The translations under genes were made by a program, and so were the position numbers. The notes beneath the pieces were generated by a model. It had not been told where the DNA came from. It made no database searches and was given only the letters and a program-made list of their open reading frames with translations. DNA of 64,000 bases. Source: a virus. Taxonomy: Duplodnaviria > Heunggongvirae > Uroviricota > Caudoviricetes. Where the stretch lies: IMG/VR virus record IMGVR_UViG_3300016667_000484, positions 1-64,000 of that record. The stretch is one strand, 5' to 3'. This document shows, one piece after another, positions 36,307 through 44,617 of the stretch (its first letter is position 1; each line of letters starts with the position of its first letter).

Positions 36307-36553
36307 CTTGATGCTTCCACTCAACACCATCGTAGTCAAGGTTTTTTGCGATGGTGGAATAGAATTGCCGTTGAGCGTCTTGGAACGCATCCTTGTCAGT
36401 ACTGAGTACAGTTACATTGATGGGTTCAAGGGAATTCTTTTTGTAGGGCATAGCGATAAACGTTCGCTTCTTCACACCCTTCTTCATCAGAAGTTTGCCA
36501 TAACCATATGGCTTGTTGTTCAAGATGTCTTCGAGTTCTTCACGGTTCAGCAT
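36302..36553 (-). CDS. hypothetical protein
   Basis: 83-aa ORF. Confidence 0.5.
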   Translation of the reverse strand: MLNREELEDILNNKPYGYGKLLMKKGVKKRTFIAMPYKKNSLEPINVTVLSTDKDAFQDAQRQFYSTIAKNLDYDGVEWKHQV

Positions 36554-36771
36554 TAGTACGATCCGATACCTTTTCGAGCTGGTTTCATTTCATTCCAAGA
36601 GAGATAGCTCTCGATGATCTTGCCTTTATAGTCGAAAGCATGCTTGACATCGAAGTTGTTCATCGCGTGTTCGACGATCGCCTTCTTTGTGATCTTGCCA
36701 TACTCAGCTTTGATCACTTCATCATCAACTTCAACCGAGATGGTAACAGTGACGTGGACGGCGTGCTTCAT
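36553..36771 (-). CDS. hypothetical protein
   Basis: 72-aa ORF. A TTGACA-type promoter lies upstream at about 36810-36830. Confidence 0.5.
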   Translation of the reverse strand: MKHAVHVTVTISVEVDDEVIKAEYGKITKKAIVEHAMNNFDVKHAFDYKGKIIESYLSWNEMKPARKGIGSY

Positions 36772-37241
36772 CTATGCTCTCTTCTATTGATAGAATCAGC
36801 TTACACCATATCCACGTCAATGTCAACTAGTTTATGCGCAGTTGGTTACTACATTTCCAACGACAGTGTTACGACCTGTCAGCAAGGATAGCCGGCATGT
36901 TCAGTTATCCTATACCCATCGGACGGTACATGCAAGTCCCGATGGAGCTCGTTGTTTCCTACGCAACGTCTGGTACATTTTAGATAGTAGATTTAGATTT
37001 ACTATGGTAGTCTTATATTACAGTAGTCTATTATAAGGTGACTTCTCATCTGTCGCGAAGTTTTCTCGTGGGACCAGTAGACCACGGTCTTTTCCAGCGG
37101 TGATCTAGCAGTGCCTGGACATCACAATTCTAAGTCGTACGCCAGATGCTAGATCACTTGAGATCTTTTTACCTTCGACCGAGACGATCGGTCTGACTAA
37201 TACAATTAGTCAACCCTAACCGATACGAAACCTTTATCGTA

Positions 37242-37613
37242 TCATACATCCGGGCCAGATGTATTCTTTAGCCACTTGTCAAACTGTTCGTCTGGAAGTG
37301 GTTTGTGCACAGTCATACTTGGGTAGACTCGAACTTCGGTCATTCCGAGAGCAGCTTTCGCTTTGATCACTGCTGATTGCTGGTCACTATCATTCTCATC
37401 GAATGGATTCTTCTCTGGCGCAGTGAATGGCTTTCCATTCAAGTAAGCGTACGCGATGAGAAGTCCACGTACTTCTGAGCGTTCTTTTACTAACGCGTAC
37501 TGCGCTTCAGCTTGAGGACCATAATGGTCAACATGCTTTCGTGCTTGACGCTTGCTGTCTTTGATGTCAATCGCCAGAGTCTTAAGTCGTGCTTTGATTT
37601 CTTGCTTGTTCAT
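37242..37613 (-). CDS. hypothetical protein
   Basis: RBS AAGGA before MNKQEIK. Confidence 0.5.
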   Translation of the reverse strand: MNKQEIKARLKTLAIDIKDSKRQARKHVDHYGPQAEAQYALVKERSEVRGLLIAYAYLNGKPFTAPEKNPFDENDSDQQSAVIKAKAALGMTEVRVYPSMTVHKPLPDEQFDKWLKNTSGPDV

Positions 37614-37956
37614 GATGCATTCCTTCTGAATTTTGTTTTCTTGTGAGATTAGTCGTAGTAGGTATCGGTACAACTGTCTCATGAAGGTGCATCCCGAATG
37701 GTGGCTAACCCATTCTCGATCAAAAGCGAACACTTACGAATCTTGATCGCCCCTTTCGTTGCAGGGTTATCAGGAGTCTCTTTCGTGCTCCAGCCTTTGA
37801 GGCATTCCACATGGTTCACGTAGAATGTTTGGCCTTTTGCTTTAAGAACCCACATAGGGATCGTAGCGTCTTCAAGGTGTTTCTTGTTGAAGTGAAATAT
37901 AACTTCAGTATTTTCGATAATCTAGGACATTTATATGCTCCATGTTGAAGTGTAAG

Positions 37957-37964
37957 TATAAATA
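37957..37964 (+). promoter_or_regulatory. TATAAATA late promoter upstream of homing-endonuclease gene 37981
   Basis: Exact octamer, 16 nt before the ATG. Confidence 0.55.
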
Positions 37965-37980
37965 TATGCAGGAGGTAACA

Positions 37981-38583
37981 ATGACAACACCATACACATA
38001 TCTAGTAGGATGGTCAAACTATGACCTTTGGTATTATGGCGTAAGATTCGCCAAAGGCTGTAACCCTAATGATTTATGGGTTACATATTTCACATCATCT
38101 AATCGGGTCAAGCACACCCGAGAACAATACGGTGAACCAGATGTTGTTGAGATTAGACGCGTTTTTAAGAATCAAGATTCTGCTAGAGTTTGGGAACACA
38201 AAGTGTTAAAAAGAATGAAAGTCATCAAAAATAGCAAATGGTTGAACCAAACAGATAATGTATCAATTGGGATGGATGTTCAAACTAGAATCAAAATCTC
38301 AAACACTAAGAAAGGCCGACCTAACAGCGAAAGCCATAATAGAAAGATAGGCGACTTTCATCGTGGAAAGATTGAATCCGCTGAAACAAGGCTCAAAAAG
38401 TCGTTGTCAAGAACAGGTAAAACCCATTCAGACGAAACTTTAAGAAAGCTATCAGAAAACTCCGGAAGAGCAAAACCTGTTGAAGTCAATGGTGTTATGT
38501 ATAGAAGCCTTAAACATGCTGCACAAACGCTATTCCCAGACTCTCCAGATATTCGAAAGGTTAAACGTTTACTCGCTACCTGA
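37981..38583 (+). CDS. homing endonuclease-like protein (GIY-YIG/Seg-like)
   Basis: YTYLVGWSNYDLWYYGVRFAKG N-terminus and NUMOD-like repeats. TATAAATA at 37957-37964. RBS aggagg. Confidence 0.6.
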   Translation: MTTPYTYLVGWSNYDLWYYGVRFAKGCNPNDLWVTYFTSSNRVKHTREQYGEPDVVEIRRVFKNQDSARVWEHKVLKRMKVIKNSKWLNQTDNVSIGMDVQTRIKISNTKKGRPNSESHNRKIGDFHRGKIESAETRLKKSLSRTGKTHSDETLRKLSENSGRAKPVEVNGVMYRSLKHAAQTLFPDSPDIRKVKRLLAT

Positions 38584-38606
38584 GTCAGTTTCCTTTGTTA
38601 AGTGAA

Positions 38607-38682
38607 TGGTTGCCCCGGCGGGAATCGAACCCGCAACCGAGTGGTTTAGAAGCACCTGCTCCACCAATTGAGCTACGGGGCC
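38607..38682 (-). tRNA. tRNA with anticodon CTA (amber-suppressor-like)
   Basis: Acceptor, D-arm (GCUC/GAGC) and T-arm (GCGGG UUCGAUU CCCGC) are good. The anticodon loop UUCUAAA is fixed by the flanking arms. G1.A72 and C31.C39 are mismatched. Confidence 0.55.
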
Positions 38683-39251
38683 AAGCTGGTTCTCACACTT
38701 TGAACCGAATGTCGTCTAGAACTGAGTGACCCGCCTTTCGGCTACTATACATAGGTATCTAGATCGAACAATAGTAAGGTGACAGGATTTATCCTCGATT
38801 CCTCCGACACTGAGATGACTGGATGGTCGTCGTCCTTGTCGAGGCATTACCTGTCTCTATGATCATGGTTTTTACACCAAGATTTGTTGCAGTACCCATC
38901 CGAAACTGGTAAGCGGCGGTTCTATTGCGAAAGTCAGTTGCAGGAACTTACCAAGAAAGATTACGCCGAACAGTAGTTGAAGTTAACAGAATGTTTGCCT
39001 ACTCTCTATTTTATGTGGGAGAATCGAAAGCCACGTGCGTTTACCAATTAAACAGTATGTTTTGATTGATTGCTGTACACATTCTAAATTCTGGTGTCGG
39101 CTTCAGGTTATCACATTAACTTAGCCCAATCTTCACGCGAAGGGTACCGACATATTGGTGGACCTGCACGGTTACGATCCGTGTCCTCTACATTGCAAGT
39201 GTAGAATGCTCCCATTATCACCACAGGCCCGTGTTGAGGTTACCCTGACCA

Positions 39252-39328
39252 GTCCATTTTAAGTTTGGACAAACTTGGTGTCACCACCGGGAGTACCAGT
39301 CCATTTTGAGTTTGGACAAACTTGGGGC
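39252..39328. repeat. two direct copies of a 31-bp unit containing the palindrome AAGTTTGGACAAACTT
   Basis: cagtccatttt(a/g)agtttggacaaacttgg occurs at 39252-39282 and 39298-39328. Confidence 0.6.
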
Positions 39329-39445
39329 TGAAAAGCCACTCCACCACCTGCTTTTACGAAAACAGGAAAATTCGTCAGGATCGTTTTTGTCCGCTAAGAC
39401 ATGCATTGATTTAGCGTTTTGGTTTGCTGAACCGATCCTATATTT

Positions 39446-39522
39446 TGGTCCGGCATGTAGGGATCGAACCTACGACCTCTTGATCCCAAATCAAGCGCGC
39501 TCCCAGACTGCGCTAATGCCGG
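39446..39522 (-). tRNA. tRNA-Pro(TGG)
   Basis: Anticodon stem CUUGA/UCAAG, loop UUUGGGA, T-loop UUCGAUC. Confidence 0.75.
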
Positions 39523-39585
39523 ATAATTCTAAAAGAAGAGGCACCGTTACTACAACGAGGCTGCCGTGTTTATCCTCTTCTCAAT

Positions 39586-39668
39586 TTGGCATACGTGGGA
39601 GGAATCGAACCCCTGGCGGACGGTTTTGGAGGCCGTTGTTAGCACCAGCTAACTATACGCTCCACGTA
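39586..39668 (-). tRNA. tRNA-Trp(CCA) with atypical D-arm
   Basis: Perfect acceptor AUACGUG/CACGUAU. Anticodon arm like E. coli tRNA-Trp (CUCCAAAACCG). 83 nt, because the D region forms an unusual 6-bp hairpin GUUAGC-UGGU-GCUAAC. Confidence 0.55.
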
Positions 39669-39685
39669 TATATTCTTTGGCTCCC

Positions 39686-39720
39686 AGTGTTGGGCTCGAA
39701 CCAACGACCCGGTGATTATA
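39686..39720 (-). pseudogene. tRNA 3'-half fragment (T-arm plus acceptor 3' strand), similar to the tRNA-Asn at 40374
   Basis: tggctcccagtgttgggctcgaaccaacgacccg matches the tggctcccagtgtagggctcgaacctacgacccg 3' end of tRNA-Asn. No 5' half. Confidence 0.5.
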
Positions 39721-39767
39721 TCCAGTCTAACTTTGGATGCGTTGGAGAGGATTTGAATAGTAATTTA

Positions 39768-40250
39768 TCAATCCCATATTTTTTTCCAGCTGTGTTCGTA
39801 AGCAGAATAATCCTGACCGTGAGATTTAGAAAGAGCATCTGCGTGCTCTGATGCTTCTTTGGCGTTTTTAATATGTGTTTTATGCTCAGCAGTGAGACGA
39901 TCAACAACTCGTTTACTGTAATCTCTAGATTCAGATCCAAGGGCAGGATTTTCAGATCGTTTTTTATGGAAATTGAGCTCTCTAACTCTTTCTCGTGAAT
40001 AACGTAAATGCGCCGAAACATGATGTTGCAAAGCTTTATGATGTGCATCAGATAATTCTACATGCATTTTATATTCTGGAGTTTTTTTCTTTTTGGCGTC
40101 AGCAAGACGACGCGCTCTTACATCGTGGATAGAACTTTTAACTTGATGTTCCTGAGCTTTTAGTATGTGGGCGTGTTCCTGAGCTTTTTCGTACTCAGAT
40201 CTATTATCAGTAACATAACTATCTGTTAATAATTGATAAAAATTTTTCAT
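39768..40250 (-). CDS. hypothetical His/Lys-rich protein in an AT-rich insert
   Basis: 160 aa. Local GC is markedly lower than the flanks. TATAAATA at 40277-40284. Confidence 0.5.
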   Translation of the reverse strand: MKNFYQLLTDSYVTDNRSEYEKAQEHAHILKAQEHQVKSSIHDVRARRLADAKKKKTPEYKMHVELSDAHHKALQHHVSAHLRYSRERVRELNFHKKRSENPALGSESRDYSKRVVDRLTAEHKTHIKNAKEASEHADALSKSHGQDYSAYEHSWKKIWD

Positions 40251-40276
40251 TAATCTTCCTTCCAGAGCTTATTGTT

Positions 40277-40284
40277 TATTTATA
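40277..40284 (-). promoter_or_regulatory. TATAAATA late promoter upstream of the AT-rich ORF 39768-40250
   Basis: Exact octamer on the minus strand. Confidence 0.5.
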
Positions 40285-40373
40285 AATTTACACCGTTATG
40301 TGGAACCAAAGGAACCTCCGATTTACTGGTTATGAGCCAGTCGAGATGCCTCTTCTCTACCCCGCAAAAATTT

Positions 40374-40449
40374 TGGCTCCCAGTGTAGGGCTCGAACCTA
40401 CGACCCGCGCATTAACAGTGCGCTGCTCTACCAACTGAGCTAACGAGGA
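40374..40449 (-). tRNA. tRNA-Asn(GTT)
   Basis: Anticodon stem GCGCA/UGCGC, loop CUGUUAA, T-loop UUCGAGC. Confidence 0.75.
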
Positions 40450-40454
40450 ACGAT

Positions 40455-40558
40455 CTCTGTTTCTAACTACACCGGCTAACTTCGGATCCTTGGCCTAGGC
40501 GTTCTAGTAGTTAGCAACTCACCCGTCGGTGTAGTTAGAAACAGAAACTCTACTTTTA
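40455..40558. repeat. nested inverted-repeat element (19-bp perfect outer stem)
   Basis: tctgtttctaactacaccg ... cggtgtagttagaaacaga encloses gctaact...agttagc and the ggatcc/cctagg palindromes. A third copy of tagttagaaacag lies at 40680-40697. TATAAATA at 40756-40763 points into it. Confidence 0.55.
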
Positions 40559-40900
40559 ACTAAACACAAGCCGCCCTGATTTCGCGTGTATTTTACACCG
40601 TTTGACCATCATTCGCACGTCTTGCTAGATGCGGCGCCCACCGTAGGTAAGTCTACTTTCAAGGCCAATTACGACAAGTGTTTAGTTAGAAACAGAGGTT
40701 GGAGTTTCCGCTTTCTTTAAGACCGCTACGGTGTGCGCTAAACACCAACTCTGTTCTATTTATACTCATCGGGTCTTACGGGTTTGTCCCACCCCGATCA
40801 TAATCTATCAATCAAGATTTACTGGTTCATCACCTACTTGATCTTCTCACCTTATAGAGACAATCTAAACCAACTCGATCTAGATGTCAACTACTTTTTT

Positions 40901-40995
40901 CTGTTTTCTTTTATACACCGAGGAATCGAACCTCCTTGCCTTGCCGTTGCGGGGCCTGTGCTTTCCAGTACACCAAGTGTATAAAAGAAAACAGA
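40901..40995 (-). pseudogene. degenerate tRNA-like element enclosed by a perfect 20-bp inverted repeat
   Basis: ttctgttttcttttatacac ... gtgtataaaagaaaacagaa flank a T-arm-like GGAGGUUCGAUUCCUC and a CCGCAAC loop. There is no proper anticodon stem. Confidence 0.45.
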
Positions 40996-41241
40996 AGCGG
41001 CCAGGGACTCGAGTCGACGAGTTTCTCTACCGGATGCACATGTTAGCTCATTTGTGCTTGCAGAGCTTTTGCTCTGGATGGTCGCCAGTCCATCTTTCCT
41101 TCAAGTAGCGCATTAGCGATATGCTATGGCCACCAGCTTCTGTTACCTGATTTTCAAAGAGCAAGGAAGCTCAGGTTGGTTACCGTCTGCGTTCCTTATA
41201 TGTACAATCTATACTGTTCTACAGGAATGTCAACCAGTATT

Positions 41242-41547
41242 TTAGTCGCGACCGTAATCTTTACGCATTTGTTTGTAACCGGCATGAGTATGAGGATACT
41301 CGTCATAGTTCATCATGTTGTGTGCTTTCATCACATGTTCTACACTACCTTTGATCCCAACGTTGTCTACTCCACCACCACCTTTGCCGATGTGATGGTG
41401 TGTAACAGTGATCGAGTTTCCGGCGTGTTTCTTAAGATAGTTCTCGATCCCAGCTTTACGCTTCTCTGGATCTTTGCCATTTGCGTCGATGTCGAGACTA
41501 TGTTCGACATGATCGGTCTGTTCGAATAGTTGTTTGAACGTTTTCAT
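41242..41547 (-). CDS. hypothetical His/Gly-rich protein
   Basis: 101 aa. RBS AGAGGAG. Confidence 0.5.
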   Translation of the reverse strand: MKTFKQLFEQTDHVEHSLDIDANGKDPEKRKAGIENYLKKHAGNSITVTHHHIGKGGGGVDNVGIKGSVEHVMKAHNMMNYDEYPHTHAGYKQMRKDYGRD

Positions 41548-41591
41548 GGTTTACTCCTCTGGTTAACCTAAATTCTATTTATTTAATGCCG

Positions 41592-41819
41592 TCAACCAGT
41601 ATTTTTCGATTTCCGTACTTTTTTCTTCTGATCACGCATGAGGTGTAAATGCTTTTGATACAGATGCTCTTCTTCGCGTTCTTGGCGAGACTCTCGAATC
41701 GCTTTAATGGCTTTGACCATTCGACGATGGGCTCGAGCCACGAGTGATCGTTGGAATCGATCTTTGCGAGAAGGTTTTTCGATACGAATTTCTGCTTCGT
41801 CTGCAGTTACGTCAGTCAT
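41592..41819 (-). CDS. small basic protein
   Basis: 75 aa, Arg/Lys-rich. Confidence 0.45.
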   Translation of the reverse strand: MTDVTADEAEIRIEKPSRKDRFQRSLVARAHRRMVKAIKAIRESRQEREEEHLYQKHLHLMRDQKKKVRKSKNTG

Positions 41820-41842
41820 AACATCACCTCATTGTTGTTATA

Positions 41843-41930
41843 TGGCGGATGGAGGAGGAATCGAACCCCATAGGTTTCCCTATGAACCGCTTTCCAGGCG
41901 GCCTCCCGCACCAGCTAGGAGACTCCATCC
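41843..41930 (-). tRNA. tRNA-Ser(GGA)
   Basis: Type II with long variable arm. Anticodon loop CUGGAAA, G73. Confidence 0.75.
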
Positions 41931-41949
41931 ATGCTTAGAGGTATGTTAT

Positions 41950-42037
41950 TGGCAGATGATAAGAGAATCGAACTCTCGACGAACTAACGCCGGACCTGTT
42001 TTCGAGGCAGGGTGTAGCACCAGCTACTCTATCATCT
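41950..42037 (-). tRNA. tRNA-Ser(CGA)
   Basis: Type II. Anticodon loop CUCGAAA, G73. D region has the GUAGC-UGGU-GCUAC hairpin variant. Confidence 0.65.
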
Positions 42038-42038
42038 A

Positions 42039-42128
42039 TGGCGGACACGGCAGGATTCGAACCTGCGGACCCCTTTCGGGGCCGACGGTTTAGCAAACCG
42101 CTGGTTTAAGCCACTCACCCACGTGTCC
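42039..42128 (-). tRNA. tRNA-Ser(GCT)
   Basis: Type II. Anticodon stem GCGGU/ACCGU, loop UUGCUAA, G73. Confidence 0.75.
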
Positions 42129-42134
42129 ATTGTT

Positions 42135-42211
42135 TGGTGCCCTTGGTCGGACTCGAACCGACACTTTCCGGAGTTTGAAGCCGGTGACTCTACCAATTGG
42201 CCTACAAGGGC
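42135..42211 (-). tRNA. class-I tRNA with leucine anticodon CAA (a UCA reading cannot be excluded)
   Basis: Acceptor GCCCUUG/CAAGGGC, A73, short variable loop, D region UAGGCCAAUUGGUAGAGUC. Anticodon region CCGGCUUCAAACUCCGG. The best 7-nt loop is UUCAAAC. Confidence 0.55.
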
Positions 42212-42213
42212 AA

Positions 42214-42480
42214 TTACTTGTCGAGCTGTTTCAGCACTTCTCGTGCCTTCTCTCGGAAGTCGGCGTCAGTGACACCTTCTTCGTCGACTTTGTTCTTGAG
42301 CGTATATTTGATGCCTTCGTATCGATACAGTGCTTCTTCCATCGCCGAAGCATGGAACTGAATCCGTTCAATCGCAGCCGGAAGCATCGAGAAGTCATGT
42401 GTAACAAGCATCTTACGAAGGTATTCGAGTTCAGTGCAGATGTAGCGATCAACGTTGATCGTGTACGGTACTTTCGACAT
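42214..42480 (-). CDS. hypothetical protein
   Basis: Start moved to MSKVPY (RBS GAGGATGAG) so it does not overlap the tRNA at 42500-42576. Confidence 0.5.
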   Translation of the reverse strand: MSKVPYTINVDRYICTELEYLRKMLVTHDFSMLPAAIERIQFHASAMEEALYRYEGIKYTLKNKVDEEGVTDADFREKAREVLKQLDK

Positions 42481-42499
42481 CTCATCCTCATTTTGAAAT

Positions 42500-42576
42500 T
42501 GGTGCCCATGGAGGGACTCGAACCCCCAACATGCGCGTTCTAAGCGCGCCGACTCTACCAATTGGCCTACATGGGC
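42500..42576 (-). tRNA. class-I tRNA with leucine anticodon TAG
   Basis: Perfect anticodon stem GCGCG/CGCGC with loop CUUAGAA. A73, short variable loop AUGUU. Confidence 0.7.
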
Positions 42577-42581
42577 ATGTC

Positions 42582-42656
42582 TGGTAGTCCGTGACGGGAT
42601 CGAACCATCGACCTTCTCCGTGTAAAGGAGTTGCTCTACCGCTGAGCTAACGGACC
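42582..42656 (-). tRNA. tRNA-Val(TAC)
   Basis: Anticodon loop UUUACAC, acceptor with G1.U72. Confidence 0.7.
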
Positions 42657-42663
42657 ATTATTT

Positions 42664-42737
42664 TGGCGACCGTGAAGGGAATCGAACCCTCAACCTCGGA
42701 TAGACAATCCGGTATGATACCACTTCATCACACGGCC
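42664..42737 (-). tRNA. tRNA-Asp(GTC)
   Basis: Anticodon loop UUGUCUA, G73. Confidence 0.7.
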
Positions 42738-42752
42738 AATTTCTTATTCAAT

Positions 42753-43022
42753 CTACACCGAATCTTTGTCGGTGTCAACCACCTTTTTCAAGTAGTCGTA
42801 AACTTCTTCGTAAGAGTAGAAGACCTTAGTTCCTTGCTTGCTCGCGACTCGTACGGTTGAGCCGAAACATTGCACAAGACCAAAGCCTGGGAATCTACCG
42901 TTACCTTTGATCCTTGCGTTCCAGCGTGTGCGGCGACGAACAGGATCGTGGAACTGATGCTCTATGTTTAAGATCGAGCTCACAGTGTCATAGAAGACAC
43001 GTTTCTCATCGTTTGTTTTCAA
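42753..43022 (-). CDS. hypothetical protein
   Basis: 89-aa ORF. Confidence 0.5.
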   Translation of the reverse strand: MKTNDEKRVFYDTVSSILNIEHQFHDPVRRRTRWNARIKGNGRFPGFGLVQCFGSTVRVASKQGTKVFYSYEEVYDYLKKVVDTDKDSV

Positions 43023-43242
43023 TACTCAACTTCTTCTGTTTGATGAAGTTTGCAAGGTCACTCGGTTTAATCTGAAACGAAATGTCCCGGTAACCCGGAT
43101 CATACCACTGTTGTGATCGGTTCACGTGATCGTTACCAACTTCTTCGTTCTTGAACGCTCCGACGTGGCGAATCTTGGTGTGAGTCTTTCCAATGGAATA
43201 CTCAAACACTTGACCATCTACTTCGAGCTTACGATACGACAT
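43006..43242 (-). CDS. hypothetical protein
   Basis: 78-aa ORF. Confidence 0.5.
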   Translation of the reverse strand: MSYRKLEVDGQVFEYSIGKTHTKIRHVGAFKNEEVGNDHVNRSQQWYDPGYRDISFQIKPSDLANFIKQKKLSIENKR

Positions 43243-43275
43243 TACAAATCTCCTTACGGGTGACTAGGCGTTGTG

Positions 43276-43349
43276 CCTATGAATTTGGAGCGGGTAACGG
43301 GAATCGAACCCGTGCGTTCTCCTTGGCAAGGAGGTAGGCTACCTCTACA
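43276..43349 (-). tRNA. tRNA-Gly(GCC)
   Basis: Acceptor GCGGGUA/UACCCGC, loop UUGCCAA, U73. Confidence 0.75.
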
Positions 43350-43354
43350 TCATA

Positions 43355-43430
43355 CCCGCATTAATGGTGGACCCTGTCGGGATCGAACCGACGACCTGAA
43401 GCTTGCAAAGCTACTGCTCTCCCATCTGAG
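43355..43430 (-). tRNA. tRNA-Ala(TGC)
   Basis: GGGCUCUUAGCUCAG with a G3.U70 pair, loop UUUGCAA, A73. Confidence 0.8.
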
Positions 43431-43601
43431 CTAAGAGCCCGTATTCGTTGACCAGAGGGGTGTGAGTCGCTATGCTCAGTGACCGTTTCTCTGGCCTTAT
43501 TCGACCGGAGGGGGACCTATTCCCTCGCGGTGAGTAGTGAGTGCGTATCCTTCAAAGACATAAGGTCGATAGTCTCTGGACAGTGGGACTTCACTACTAA
43601 T

Positions 43602-43691
43602 TGGCGGAGACGGTGAGATTCGAACTCACGGAACGCTTTCACGTTCGGCCGCTTTCAAGGCGGCAGCGATAGACCACTCTGCCACATCTCC
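43602..43691 (-). tRNA. tRNA-Ser(TGA)
   Basis: Type II. Anticodon stem GCCGC/GCGGC, loop CUUGAAA, G73. Confidence 0.75.
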
Positions 43692-43693
43692 AG

Positions 43694-44047
43694 TTATTTC
43701 TTCTTGATATTCCTAGCTTTGTATGTATCAAGTTGTGAATCACAGTTAGAACACACAAATCTTAAATTATCAAGACGATTATCATTATGAACACCGTTTA
43801 TATGATCAAGAATCAGAGGCATTGGTTTGCCATTCCATTCTGGTCCAATAGCGCAAATCGCGCATCGGTATTCTATCATGTTGTTTTGAATTATTCGCCT
43901 TTTCAGATTATGCCTAGCATATGTACTGTTTTCGACGAATACTTCATCATCAGTAAGTTTGATACCGTAACCATTCACCTTAGTGCCGGCACCTCTTGGT
44001 GGAACTTTCTTGCCTTTGTTCCAAGGTATCGAACCTTTAGATGTCAA
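43694..44047 (-). CDS. HNH homing endonuclease
   Basis: LDHINGVHNDNRLDNLRFVCSNCDS is an HNH motif. It sits between tRNAs. Confidence 0.7.
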   Translation of the reverse strand: MTSKGSIPWNKGKKVPPRGAGTKVNGYGIKLTDDEVFVENSTYARHNLKRRIIQNNMIEYRCAICAIGPEWNGKPMPLILDHINGVHNDNRLDNLRFVCSNCDSQLDTYKARNIKKK

Positions 44048-44063
44048 GTTACGTCTCCATATT

Positions 44064-44140
44064 TGGTTGCGGTGGGCAGGAATCGAACCTGCGTAATCGG
44101 CTTATGAGACCGTGCTGGAACCACCTCCAGTCTACCCCGC
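44064..44140 (-). tRNA. tRNA with anticodon CAT (Met or Ile2); acceptor pairing imperfect
   Basis: D-arm CUGG/CCAG, anticodon loop CUCAUAA, T-arm GCAGG UUCGAUU CCUGC. The acceptor has 2 mismatches. The shared motif ATTTTTGCGGGGTA lies at its 5' end. Confidence 0.5.
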
Positions 44141-44264
44141 AAAAATCGCCCGGTTTGTTTCTTCGTCCTCATGCGGTCTATTCGGCCCGCGAGCAACTAC
44201 CTACCAGCCGGAACTGGCGATTCTGTTTTGAGCGATACACCACCTCCAAGGTAACAACCGAGCC

Positions 44265-44375
44265 ACTAGTGGCGCAGGAGGGAATCGAACCCTACTTGAT
44301 GTATCCGTCAAAACAGAATTTCTGCGATTCTGTTTTCAGCTACATCAAGTGGACTACCACAAGCAATTACGCCAC
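44265..44375 (-). pseudogene. tRNA-like element interrupted by a long AU-rich hairpin
   Basis: T-arm-like AGGGUUCGAUUCCCU and a 3' CCA, but the body contains the nested hairpin CUUGAUGUA[GCUGAAAACAGAAU-CGCAGAA-AUUCUGUUUUGACGGA]UACAUCAAG. Confidence 0.4.
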
Positions 44376-44430
44376 CCAATGTTTCCCCACCAGGTTTTGA
44401 TGTATGTGAAAACAGAATTTCTTCTGTTTC
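44295..44430. repeat. recurring AAACAGAA-loop-TTCTGTTT hairpins
   Basis: aaaacagaatttctgcgattctgtttt at 44301-44329 and gaaaacagaatttcttctgtttc at 44408-44430. Related copies at 54807-54820, 54898-54922, 40901-40910 and 40985-40995. Confidence 0.5.
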
Positions 44431-44526
44431 TAAGTTTTCAAAGAACGTTGAGGTTTACCACCTCATGTATCCTATTTATACCATCTACTGAGCAATGTCA
44501 ACAACTTTTTTCGTCAGGATCGCTTT

Positions 44527-44590
44527 TTTGCCGCGGATTTGAACCGCACACTTTTCTTGGAAGGAAAATGCTCTACCGTTGAGCTATGCA
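44527..44590 (-). pseudogene. tRNA-like pseudogene (intact D-arm, anticodon arm with UCC, T-arm; acceptor stem disrupted)
   Basis: GCUC AACGGUA GAGC / UUUUC CUUCCAA GAAAA / UGCGG UUCAAAU CCGCG. No pairing acceptor and no CCA. Flanked by the repeated motif atgcaatttt(t/g)ttgctg. Confidence 0.4.
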
Positions 44591-44617
44591 ATTTTTTGCT
44601 GAAACGATCCTATAATC

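Noticed and set aside
39306-39851. 181-aa plus-strand ORF
   Set aside because: It spans three minus-strand tRNAs and a tRNA fragment. Not coding.
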